DNA from: Octopus sinensis
Lineage: Eukaryota
DNA: 17,032 nucleotides
NCBI RefSeq assembly: GCF_006345805.1
Contig: NW_021825004.1
Coordinates: 1 to 17,032, forward strand
Reading direction: 5' to 3'
The translations under genes and the position numbers were made by a program. Under the pieces are notes generated by a model. That model had not been told where the DNA came from. It worked only from the letters and a program-made list of their open reading frames with translations, and made no database searches. Positions within the stretch are counted from its first letter, which is position 1. The number at the start of each line of letters is the position of its first letter. Shown here one piece after another: positions 1 through 10,518 of this stretch.

Positions 1-261
1 TAATACACATATAGCTACAGACTTAGAGATCTGACGCAGGATTTAATGAAGTCACACTGGCAAAGCTATTTAGATCTTTACACTATTTTCCCTCTTTGAT
101 AATTATTCCAGTTTGTCGATCAATGGAAGAATCTAGCTACTCCTAGACTTAAGTGAAAGTAGGTTACTATTCCATAGACACTTGTACCTTTAACATAACC
201 CGCTAAACGTAATCATTTGAATTAAAAGATACACCGTCCAACTGACTGACTGACTGACTAT

Positions 262-425
262 TTTCCTCTCAGTTCCCGCGACCGGTTCCACAAGGTTTTG
301 GTCGATCGTGGTTTGGGTAATATTATTATATACTAGCCTGAAGTTCCGTGCAGTGAGATCGAAGCTGAACAATCCTGATTGTTAAATAACGTGTTAATCT
401 TTCAACCATGACTGTACCCATGTAG
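262..425 (-). mobile_element. Highly degenerate head-side fragment of tRNA-derived SINE family A
   Basis: CTCAGTTCCCG..CCACAAGGTTTTGGTCGATC..CCGTGCAGTGAGATCGAAGCTGAAC aligns by eye to the clearer copies at 3480-3600 and 10780-10890. Confidence 0.45.
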
Positions 426-891
426 TGTAAATTTTACCACACATGCATGCACACAAATAAGGCTCTAGTAAACCTAGTATAGTTTTGAGTTGAACTATGG
501 CATGCATCGAGACACAGAGAAATGAAATATGTTCCATCCAGATACTCATTATACAATGCATAGGGAAATAGCAAGTGATGTTGTACTATGGAAAGTGAAA
601 TAACGTTGATACTGAAAAAGTACTGATAGTGTCATATAGAAGGGACATTTACACAACGCTGGCTGATAATGCTAGAGAATGAATAATGAAATAAAATATA
701 TTGATAATGTTTATACAGCCAATAGAGAAATAACGTGTACATGTAATGCTATAGAATAATTAGTCAAGTAGCGTGTACTACAAATATTTTACAATGATTT
801 ATGATGTAGGGTCAGCAAATATTAATACTATAGCAGAATGAATGCATAGTGAATATTAGTGATATAGCATGTACTATTACGCATAATGTAC

Positions 892-1535
892 AGTGAAACA
901 CTGTGTACTGTCGTACAAGAGACATTGAAATAGTATGTAATGTTATACAATAGACAACGAAATAATGTGTACTGTTTATACAATGGCGAGTGAAATATTG
1001 TGCATTGTTATACATTAGACAATGAAATAGCGTGCACTGTAATACAATGAACAATAAAATAGTGTATACTGTTATACGATAGTGTGTGCTGTTATACAAT
1101 AAACAATGAAATAGTATGTACAGTTATACAATAGTGTGTGCTGTTATACAATTAACAATGAAATAGTATGTCCTGTTATACGATAGTCTGTGAAATAGTG
1201 TGTGCTATTATACAAAAGTGTGTACTGTTATACAATAAACAATGAAATAGTATGTACTGTTATACAATAGTGTGTGCTGTTATACAATAAACAATGAAAT
1301 AGTATGTACCGTTATACGATGGTCTGTAAAATAGTGTGTACTGTTATACAATAGAGAATGACAATGTGTACTGTTATACGATAAAGAATGAAATAATGTG
1401 AATGATTATACGATAGAGAAAAAATAATGTATACTGTTATATGATAGAGAATGAAATAATCTGTACCATTATACAATGGAGAGTGAAATAGCATGCAACC
1501 TTATACAAGAGATAATGAAACATTGTGTACTGATA
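892..1535. repeat. 32-bp minisatellite (consensus ~AATGAAATAGTGTGTACTGTTATACAATAGAC) with 20-bp deletion units; degenerate units extend to ~720 and ~1680
   Basis: About 20 units readable directly, each with a GTGTACTGTTATAC-like core. Confidence 0.93.
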
Positions 1536-1891
1536 TAAAAATAGACTGATGTGTACTGCTATGCAATCTAGCGTGTAATAGCAAATGGTGTTATACAATG
1601 TATTGTAAAATAGTACGTTCTGTTGGTGTAATGTAATGAAAAATTTAAAAGCATGCACTGATGATGTTATACAATGGAAGAGAAGAAACAATATTTACAT
1701 AACATTTGTATTAAAAAATATTTGTACTTTAAGGATGCTTTGTAAGCTCACAAAAGATGAAAGCTTTACATACAGATGACTAATGTGCATTTAAATTTAT
1801 ACAAGCGCACGCACATAAGCATACACATATATTATAAATATATATAACATAGCTACATCTGCACTTTCTTCACACAAACATACATACATGA

Positions 1892-1930
1892 GTGTGTGCA
1901 TGCGCGCGCGCGCGCGCGTGTGTGTGTGTG
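1892..1930. repeat. Alternating purine-pyrimidine tract with a (CG)8 core (Z-DNA-prone)
   Basis: GTGTGTGCATGCGCGCGCGCGCGCGCGTGTGTGTGTGTG, 39 nt of uninterrupted alternation. Confidence 0.85.
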
Positions 1931-1972
1931 AATGTGTTTAAAAGCTGAAGTAGTTGGTACTATAATCTATCA

Positions 1973-2264
1973 TAGTGGTTTTCAACCATTTTTTTCCTAT
2001 GGACCCCTTTGATTTCTATTTTGCTCTACAGGACCCTAATCAGTATTCGTTTGTTTTATTTTTTAAAAATCCCGTTATGTTTCTAGAATTAAATATTATC
2101 AGGAATTGAATTTAAAAAAAACATTGAAATATTTTGTGTATCGTAGAATTACATTCAATTTATTGATAAAATTTTTCACAACAATATCTTATGTAGACCC
2201 CTAAGAATCCCTAAAGGTGACATGGAACCCTAAGAGTTATATGGACCCCTGTTGAGAGTTACTG
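1973..2264. mobile_element. Putative hAT (Charlie-like) MITE, degenerate
   Basis: Left end TAGTGGTTTTCAACC and right end GTTGAGAGTTACTG are imperfect TIRs resembling CAGTGGTTCTCAAC. ATGGACCCC occurs subterminally at both ends. The 8-bp flanks ATCTATCA and GTCTGTCC match at 5/8, as a decayed TSD might. Confidence 0.55.
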
Positions 2265-2337
2265 GTCTGTCCAGTGTCATACAAATTTAACATTCTTCTA
2301 AAGGTACACACAAATGAATCAACACATCCATACATAC

Positions 2338-2340
<3 letters not shown>

Positions 2341-2410
<70 letters not shown>

Positions 2411-2434
2411 TTATCTTTCTATCTTTCTATCTTT

Positions 2435-2514
<80 letters not shown>

Positions 2515-2515
2515 T

Positions 2516-2548
<33 letters not shown>

Positions 2549-2648
2549 ATCTATCTATTTATCTTTCACATTACACACACACGCACAAACACACACACAC
2601 ACCACCACACACACACACACACACACCACACACACCACACACACACAC
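2341..2648. repeat. Compound microsatellite (ATCT)n followed by (CA)n
   Basis: Direct reading; it produces the IYLS and HT pseudo-ORFs. Confidence 0.98.
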
Positions 2649-2762
2649 ATATATATATTGATTTATATATATATGTATTGATTTATATATGATTTCATTC
2701 AATGTATAATATGAGCAAGTAAATGCAATTTTATCACGTGTTTATGTATGTTATATTGTATA

Positions 2763-2819
<57 letters not shown>

Positions 2820-3096
2820 CATATAATATAATATTGGTTAGTGATTTACAATAAATATGTGTGTGTGTGTGTGTGTGTGGACATATATGTAGAATGTTAT
2901 TACTAATTAGACACAGTATAGTGAAATGCCAAATTTATGAATGCAGTCATATAACATAATTTCGCAAATTCATCTTTCACATTAAGAATCTCGAAGTACA
3001 AACGACGAAGATATGAAGTACATAGGCAATGTGCGAGTGTGTGTGAGTGTGTGTGTGTGTGTGCATTTATATGTGTGTGTAGGTATGTGTATAACA

Positions 3097-3127
<31 letters not shown>

Positions 3128-3310
3128 CGTCTGTGTGTACATTTATAGATTGACGGATGTATATGTATATATTAAATAAAATCAATAAATCAATTTATCT
3201 ATGTATATACATATACACACACACACACACACACACATATCTATGTATATATGAATATACATACATACATACGTACATGCATACATACATACACACAAAC
3301 ATACATACAT

Positions 3311-3600
3311 CTTTTATCTTTTACTTGTTTCAGGCACTGTTTTTTAAAGCCTGGTACTTATTCTATCGATCTGTTTTGCCGAACTGCTATGTTACATAAA
3401 CACACCAACATTGCTTGTCAAGCTGTGGTGGGGGAAAAACACAGATGAAAAGAGACAGACATATAGCTATATACGAGGGATTCATTCAGTTTCCGTTTAC
3501 CAAATCCACTCACAAGGCTTTGGTCGGTCCGAGACTATAGTAAAAAATACTTGCCCAAGGTGCAACGCAGCGGGACTGAACCCGGAACCATGTGGTTCGG
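3311..3600 (-). mobile_element. tRNA-derived SINE family A (resembles octopus OR-type CORE SINEs), internal deletion, head truncated
   Basis: The minus strand has a B box GGTTCAGTCCC, the CORE-like motif ACCTTGGGCAAGT and the tail AAACAAGTAAAAGATAAAAG. Colinear with 10519-10895. Confidence 0.85.
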
Positions 3601-3630
3601 AATACATACGTACATATATTTTTGCATAGG

Positions 3631-4477
<847 letters not shown>

Positions 4478-4802
4478 GTTGAAATTTACATAAATATGTA
4501 TGTATAGCGTACGTGTGTGCGTGTGTATGCATAATGTATGTATAGAAGAGTATTATGTATTTGAAGAAATGAATAGAAATGACTTTTTTTTTCCACTTTA
4601 GTAATCAGATGTTTATAAGTTTAATTATTGAAGTGAAAAATGTTCAGAAAGGCCATTTCTCATAATTAATATATATATATATACACGTATATACAAACAT
4701 ATGTATGTTTGTGTGTGTGTATGTATATATATATATAGGTATGTATACACACATATATATAAACATATGTAACCATATATATATATATATATATGTATAT
4801 AT

Positions 4803-4944
4803 ATTTATTTTATAGAAGGAGTTTCTACAGGACTAGAACTGTTTCATTCAAATGAAGCTCCTTCTATAAAATAAATTAATTTACTCTGCTATGTATTGAG
4901 TACCTTATTTACTGTGGTTAACCCCGACTCAACCCGGGACCTAC
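4803..4944 (+). mobile_element. Short fold-back retroelement (PLE pseudo-LTR-like), truncated copy of the 13911-14108 family, in (TA)n
   Basis: Near-identical to 13911-13958 and 14018-14108. Inverted arms 4803-4825 and 4854-4876 pair at 22/23 plus one G-T. TA-rich repeats flank both sides. Confidence 0.85.
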
Positions 4945-4945
4945 A

Positions 4946-5037
<92 letters not shown>

Positions 5038-5127
5038 ATATACATATATATGCATACATATATAAATCCATCCATATATATATATATATGTGTGTGTGTG
5101 TATGTGTATGTATGTATGTATGTATGT

Positions 5128-5327
5128 TGGCAAATCAAAGAGGTAAAACAAGCAAAAGTCAATATGACGTACGCAAGAGGTACATTATAGATGGACACTC
5201 GGCGAAAATCTTCGATGGAAAAATGGGTATGGATATGACGTTTCGGGCATGACTCTTCGTCGGAAAGGAGAACAGTGCAGAAAGAACAGTCCAGTAAGGA
5301 ACAGATAGTCTGGATAAAAGCCGGGGA
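5128..5327 (-). mobile_element. Probable decayed PLE-type fragment with a degenerate hammerhead-like motif
   Basis: Minus strand 5268-5237 reads CCTTT CCGACGA AGAGTCATGCCC GAAAC GTC. It is a unique island between microsatellites; helices I and II pair poorly. Confidence 0.35.
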
Positions 5328-5385
5328 ATGCATACATGCATACATACATACATACATACATACATACATACATACATACATACAT

Positions 5386-5456
<71 letters not shown>

Positions 5457-5460
5457 GCAT

Positions 5461-5602
5461 GGGAGGTTTCCTTCAGTTTCCGTTTACCAATCTATTCACA
5501 TGTAAGAGACCCTTGCCCATGGCGTACATAGTGTCACGCAGTGAGACTGAACCTGGAACTGTGTGCTTGGAAGCAAACTTCTTACCATGCAGCCATGTAT
5601 GC

Positions 5603-5606
<4 letters not shown>
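5461..5606 (-). mobile_element. SINE family A, tRNA-head half, rearranged
   Basis: TTCAGTTTCCGTTTACCAA..TTGCCC..GCAGTGAGACTGAACCTGGAAC..CTTACCATGCAGCC; A- and B-box-like motifs on the minus strand. Confidence 0.8.
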
Positions 5607-5667
<61 letters not shown>

Positions 5668-6317
5668 TGCGTGCGAACCCACACATACCCACACATACAC
5701 AGACACACATATATGCACGCATACATAATTTATTGTTCGACTATAGTATATATTTATCGAGATGCTATGCTTGAGAATCGAACTCGGTTTCACGTGTTTG
5801 GCAAATATCTTCGTTGCCTACCAATGCTGACCGTTGGTTTGTTATGTTGTTGTTTTATGCCATCTTCCCCCCTTTCATCCAAACAGATAAACACTATATG
5901 ACGTATGTTACTCTTTTCTAGGAATTTCACTTGTCATCGTAGCTTGTTTCTTTATGTGATGTCTGTGTAAATGTCTATGCTCCCACCGCCACTTTTCTTT
6001 TATGCATGACGATGGCTGCTTCTCGTAGTTTTTTATGGTTACTCTTCATACTATTCACAAATGTAATTTATGGCAGTCATCTTTTAAAATGTGTATATGT
6101 GTACACTCTTATTAAGATATTAAGTCCGTCGTCTTCTAGGACGTATACATTTTTCTCTCGATATGTGTGTATGTATGTCTATGTATGCATATAGGCTTGT
6201 ATCATTTCTTTCGCATTTCTTTTTATAGTTTCTTACACAAATATATATTTTTTCCAGAGGCACAAATATATACACACACATACACTCTCTTAATCTATGC
6301 ATACGCACATCTTAAAT

Positions 6318-6361
<44 letters not shown>

Positions 6362-6591
6362 GCAAATCGAAATTATGTATATAGTTATCTACTCGTCCCT
6401 CCACCCAGTCACTCACGCAGCCAACTATCTTCTCCTCCCTCTCGTCTTCCAGCCATCCAGCCATCCATCCATCAGTCCGTCCGACCGTCGTCCAATTTTC
6501 TGTCCTTTCATGCCCGTTCCATAAGATCTGAGCTAAACAGTAGCAGCAACAATAACTGCAACAACAATACCAACACCAATTGTAAATAAGA

Positions 6592-7014
6592 AGACCATGT
6601 GGTCACTCGACCTGCTAGAAGTAGTAATCAAGTTAACCGCGCTGCCTGAACAAGGAAGGAAAGACTCATTGGATTGTATGATGTAAGATACAGAATGTCA
6701 ATTAAAAAACAGGATGCTCGTAGCTGGAACACATTTCATCATAGCTTTCTGTTCCACATGGACTTGAGACTAAACAACAACAACAACAACAGTAGCTGTA
6801 ACCAACAAATCAACGAATGCATGCTTAGAATGCCACTCGCCTGCTAGAAAGAGTAGTCAAATCGCTTTCTAATCAAACTCTTCCGCCACAAGGAAAACAC
6901 ATTATATAGATGTTCTTCCATAATGCACAATGGTAGAAATGATGCGACGGTTGTAAGTAGACCATCGTTGATCATAGTTCTACTTTAAGATGGTTGGTTA
7001 AACATTTATACAAC
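6592..7014 (+). mobile_element. Two tandem ~200-bp copies of retroposon-tail family B ending in CTAAAC(AAC)n
   Basis: Both have TCG(A)CCTGCTAGAA (6607 and 6837), a TTGATCATAG-like motif (6735 and 6968) and a TAAAC+AAC-type end. Homologous to 11040-11680. Confidence 0.7.
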
Positions 7015-7322
7015 AGACGTTATAATGGGTTCTGTTATTCGGAGATGGCTGGTCCCGTACCTCTTCAAGACATGCACCCTCGACCCACTCGTCCATTCTC
7101 CACTCATTACCCTTGCTATGGCCGGACCTCCTAGTTTGGCACTAATTGCTATGTCCAGTTTTCATTCCTCCACAAGAACACCGGCTCCTTAGACTTTCCT
7201 TCTTAATTATATCTTTCTTGCAGGTGTCGACCTGCAAAAGTATAAACAGAACCTTGACGACATCAACCAACCTCAGCGGTGACGGAGACCAAGAATATGT
7301 CATAAGCACTGCCTCTCCTCCA

Positions 7323-7438
7323 ATCATCATCATCATCATCTCATCATCATCATCATCATCATCACCATCACCACCATCATCATCATCATTATCATCATCA
7401 CCATCATCATCATCATCGTCGTCATCATCATCATCATC

Positions 7439-7479
<41 letters not shown>

Positions 7480-7590
7480 GTCGTCATCATCATCATTCAA
7501 CGTCCAATTTTCCGTGCTTGCATTGGTCAGCGTGAAATTTGTGGCGGCAGATGTTCTTCCTGTTGCCAATCTTTACCTGTTTCCAGGTAA
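7323..7590 (-). mobile_element. 3' end of a LINE or LINE-tailed SINE (RTE-type tail) with an expanded (GAT)n tail
   Basis: The minus strand GATTGGCAACAGGAAGAACATC..GCAAGCACGGAAAATTGGACGTTGAA runs directly into TGATGATGA. The (ATC)n tract at 7323-7497 is therefore the tail. Confidence 0.7.
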
Positions 7591-7662
7591 TGTAATAAGT
7601 AAGCCCATAGATAAATAAATAAAACTATTAGTAACCAAAGATACTAAATACTAAATATATTA

Positions 7663-7723
<61 letters not shown>
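7663..7723. repeat. (TAC)n microsatellite
   Basis: About 20 perfect units. Confidence 0.98.
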
Positions 7724-7724
<1 letters not shown>

Positions 7725-7730
7725 AAAACA

Positions 7731-7950
7731 GGTCAGTAGGCAGAATCGTTTGAACGTCGGACAAATGTTTTGTGGTCATTGTTCTGGCTCTTCACGTTTT
7801 CTGAGTTCAATTCAGGCCGAGGTCAAAACTGTAGCTTTCATCCTTTTCAGACTGATGTAATAAAGTACCAGTCAAGTGCTTCAATCAACAATATTGACTG
7901 TGACCTCTCTTTCAAAACTCCTGACCTTGTGCCTAAATCAGAAACCAGTT
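7731..7950 (+). mobile_element. tRNA-derived SINE family C with a Nin/Deu-domain-like core
   Basis: A-box-like TAGGCAGAATCG, B-box-like GAGTTCAATTC and core CTTTCATCCTTTTCAGACTGATGTAATAAAGTACCAG. Homologous to the minus-strand copy at 11936-12149. Confidence 0.75.
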
Positions 7951-7969
7951 GTTCTGATTCTTCTTATCT

Positions 7970-8070
7970 GTGATTTTTCCAATTCCGCTGGGGTTAGCTC
8001 TACCTTCCATTCTTTCAAGATCGATAAGCAGAGCACCAGTCGAGTACTAGAGTGGATTTTTCTATCTCAT
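7970..8070 (+). mobile_element. Second, more degenerate family C fragment
   Basis: AATTCCGCTGGGGTTAGCTCTACCTTCCATTCTTTCAAGATCGATAAGCAGAGCACCAGTCGAGTACT parallels the family C core. Confidence 0.5.
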
Positions 8071-8084
8071 TATACAGGGGATAT

Positions 8085-8285
8085 GTCATTGGAGGTGGAA
8101 GTGGGAGGAAAAACTTACAACGTCTCTTGCTTCCAAGAAACGGAGGTAGGGTGAGCGAGGAGCTAGCTGTCATTTCTCATTTAGCGAGATTTATAAATCA
8201 TTGAAAGAAACCAGAAAAAAGTGTTCATGGATAAACCGACATGATGTACAACACGCTATGATTAAAAAAAAACAAAACTGGTAAA
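8085..8285 (+). mobile_element. Possible decayed C-terminus of an RLE-type non-LTR retrotransposon ORF
   Basis: GKTYNVSCFQETEVG*ARS resembles the EVG(A/C)RG motif of RLE domains, and a downstream AMIKKKQNW* resembles their terminal W motif. Weak, with stops. Confidence 0.3.
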
Positions 8286-8751
8286 TAGAAAATACGTTAT
8301 ATACCTCTTTAGCCAGGAAGGTGTTACAAATTCAAATCAACCCTTCGCAGATCTAAGCAAATTGTTTATTTTAATGTTGTTATTAGTGTCTATTTCTTTT
8401 AATTTTATGCTTTTTCAAAACTTATACAGTTAATTAATGATTGATACATTTAAATAATCGAGAAAAAAAAAAAAACAGTGCCCCGGTTGAAATTTTGCCT
8501 TCGGCCGATTCTCCGCTATGTAACAACATTTTTACTTATTACAAAGACATGTCAGGCTGAAGAACTAAACCCATTGAAATATGAATAAGTTGGTACCTTC
8601 AGGCTAAGATCAATACTCTATGAAGCATAGAGAAAATATGGCAACTGTTCTTTTTCGTACACTGAACTTTACTGCCCTATACTGGATGTGTGTGTATGTG
8701 CGTGTGTGTGTGTGTGTGTTGTGTATATATTAATAGAAGAAGCACTGGACG

Positions 8752-8826
8752 CAAGGGTCGAGAGGTTCATGTGTTTCGTTCGATAAATGCCAACGCACGA
8801 ACTCTCGGCCCTTGAGTCACTCTGTG
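8752..8826. repeat. Fold-back element family D, copy 1 (61-nt hairpin)
   Basis: Arms 8753-8775 and 8792-8813 pair with one bulge, one mismatch and two G-T. Homologous in opposite orientation to 9714-9801. Confidence 0.8.
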
Positions 8827-8858
8827 GCATCAGATAAATATTAACAAATACACACACA

Positions 8859-8906
<48 letters not shown>

Positions 8907-8984
8907 GTGTGTGTGTATGTATGTGTGTTTATGTGTGTGTGTGTGTGTGTTTGTAATTATATATATATATATATATATGTATTA

Positions 8985-9182
8985 TACCGGAGTAAACACA
9001 TAAATGTGAAACAAGGTGGAAAAAAGAGTACTCAAATACCAGTGGTATTCAACAAAGCCTGTTACTCTGAGTTTCCCGTTGCCGTTCATCGGACAGTTTT
9101 TCTAGCAAAAACTGTCCGATGAACGGCAACGGGAAACTCAGAGTAACAGGTTTTGTTGAATTTTCTGCTGCTTTAAATAAAG
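8985..9182 (-). mobile_element. Fold-back PLE pseudo-LTR-like element in (TA)n containing a 115-bp palindrome
   Basis: 55-nt arms 9047-9101 and 9107-9161 (54 Watson-Crick pairs, one G-T) around a CTAGC loop. A tail extends leftwards; the short arm ends at AATAAA (9176-9181). (TA)n on both sides. Confidence 0.8.
9107..9154 (+). ncRNA. Type I hammerhead ribozyme motif, U4C core variant (mirror copy on the minus strand at 9101-9054)
   Basis: Helix I AAAAACUGU/ACAGGUUUU (8/9), core CCGAUGA 9116-9122, helix II CG-GCAA-CG, GAAA 9133-9136, helix III ACUC-A-GAGU, triplet GUA, predicted cut 9145/9146. Confidence 0.7.
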
Positions 9183-9188
9183 TATATG

Positions 9189-9255
<67 letters not shown>

Positions 9256-9297
9256 TCATAGTTTGAGTTCTATTTTTCCTGTTTGCATTTATCAGGC

Positions 9298-9337
<40 letters not shown>

Positions 9338-9692
9338 TTAAACTGAATAATTACTTTATACGTATTGGTTATACTTATTGTTATTTTTTACAGGAAGAGT
9401 GGGGAAAGTGACTTCGATGTTTCAACCTGTTAGCCATCGTCGAAGAAGATGGGCGAGGTACATAGTACAGCCCTTGATATACCCACAAAAAATGGGATAG
9501 TCATTGTTGGTTTTCCTTTCCTTATAGGGCTTCGCTTAATCAAGGCTGTACGTTAGAATTTCACATAACATGAGTTGAAACATGAGTGCACATACACAAA
9601 CACACTCTGTATACATACATACATACATACATACATACATACATACATACATACATACATACATACGTACATATATATAGCGTGTGTGTGTG

Positions 9693-9822
9693 TTATTATT
9701 ATTAATCGGCAGAAGTTATAGAGTGACTCAAGTGCTGAGAATTAAGTGCATTTGCACTTATCAATACACGAAACTCTTGACACTTGAGTTACTCTGTAAC
9801 TCCACCCGATTAGTAATAATAA
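9693..9822. repeat. Fold-back element family D, copy 2 (130-bp imperfect inverted repeat)
   Basis: 21-nt arms 9714-9734 and 9781-9801 (two G-T), outer 17-nt arms 9693-9709 and 9806-9822 (one G-T), inner hairpin AAGTGC-ATTT-GCACTT. Confidence 0.85.
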
Positions 9823-10220
9823 CTATCCACCTAGGTATCCTTAACCTCTAAAACGAGCACAGGAGATACATTTTAGATTTCAAGCAAGCCGTAAAGGGAT
9901 GTTTTGTCAATTAATCACGTGGATAATCTCAGTTGATTGAAGATTTTCCAGTTCTTTGTATTAAATAAACAAGCCCCTCTATTGCTTGTCCTTTTAATAC
10001 GTAGAATGTTCCTTCGAGATATTTCGCCTTTTGTACATTATGTAAGATATATGTAGGAGGTGTATTTCTGGTTTTGAACTTTTCGCAGAGGCAGTTAAAA
10101 CTGTCTTGGATTATTGTAATTTTAGAATGTCATTACAAACTGACCTGCCAATTTTTTATTCCACATTGAAGGAGACGCCTTTTACAGTACTTTGAACACA
10201 CCTTACTAAACACTACTTGT

Positions 10221-10470
10221 CACAGTTCTAGATTGGTAACCAACTACTTGACAGAGATGGACATCAAAACTGTCCCTCGCCCTCTCCATAGCCCAGACTT
10301 GCTTCCTGTGACTTTTGGCTGTTTCCAAAGTTGAAGGAGAACCGCAGGAGCAGTCATTTTGAAGACGTTGAAAGCTGTGACAAGGGTCCTGGACACTTTC
10401 ACTTTGGAAGATTTTTCATGGGGTCTTCACGAAGTGCATTGAAGTCAGAAGATGCTATTTTGAAGGAGAT
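10221..10470 (+). mobile_element. Mariner (Tc1/mariner, DD34D-type) transposase C-terminal relic, frameshifted
   Basis: Across frameshifts: HSSRLVTNYLTEMDIKTVPRPLHSPDL / ASCDFWLFPKLKENRRSSHFEDVE / AVTRVLDTFTLEDF / HGVFTKCIEVRRCYFEGD. This matches the mariner YSPDLAPxD motif and the terminal YFE motif. Confidence 0.9.
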
Positions 10471-10518
10471 TTAGAGTTTTGTACTTCTTAAAAATTAATG
10501 CATCTAACTCCTGAAAAA

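Noticed and set aside
892-1535. Regularly spaced ~30-bp repeats resembling a CRISPR array
   Set aside because: Units are directly adjacent with no unique spacers, and the context is eukaryotic. This is a minisatellite.
7218-7237. Short palindrome TTGCAGGT-GTCG-ACCTGCAA
   Set aside because: 8-bp arms, a single occurrence and no associated structure.
7531-7586. Apparent exon with a strong donor CAG|GTAATG and an open frame (VKFVAADVLPVANLYLFP)
   Set aside because: Better explained as the antisense of a retroposon 3' end that runs into the (GAT)n tail.
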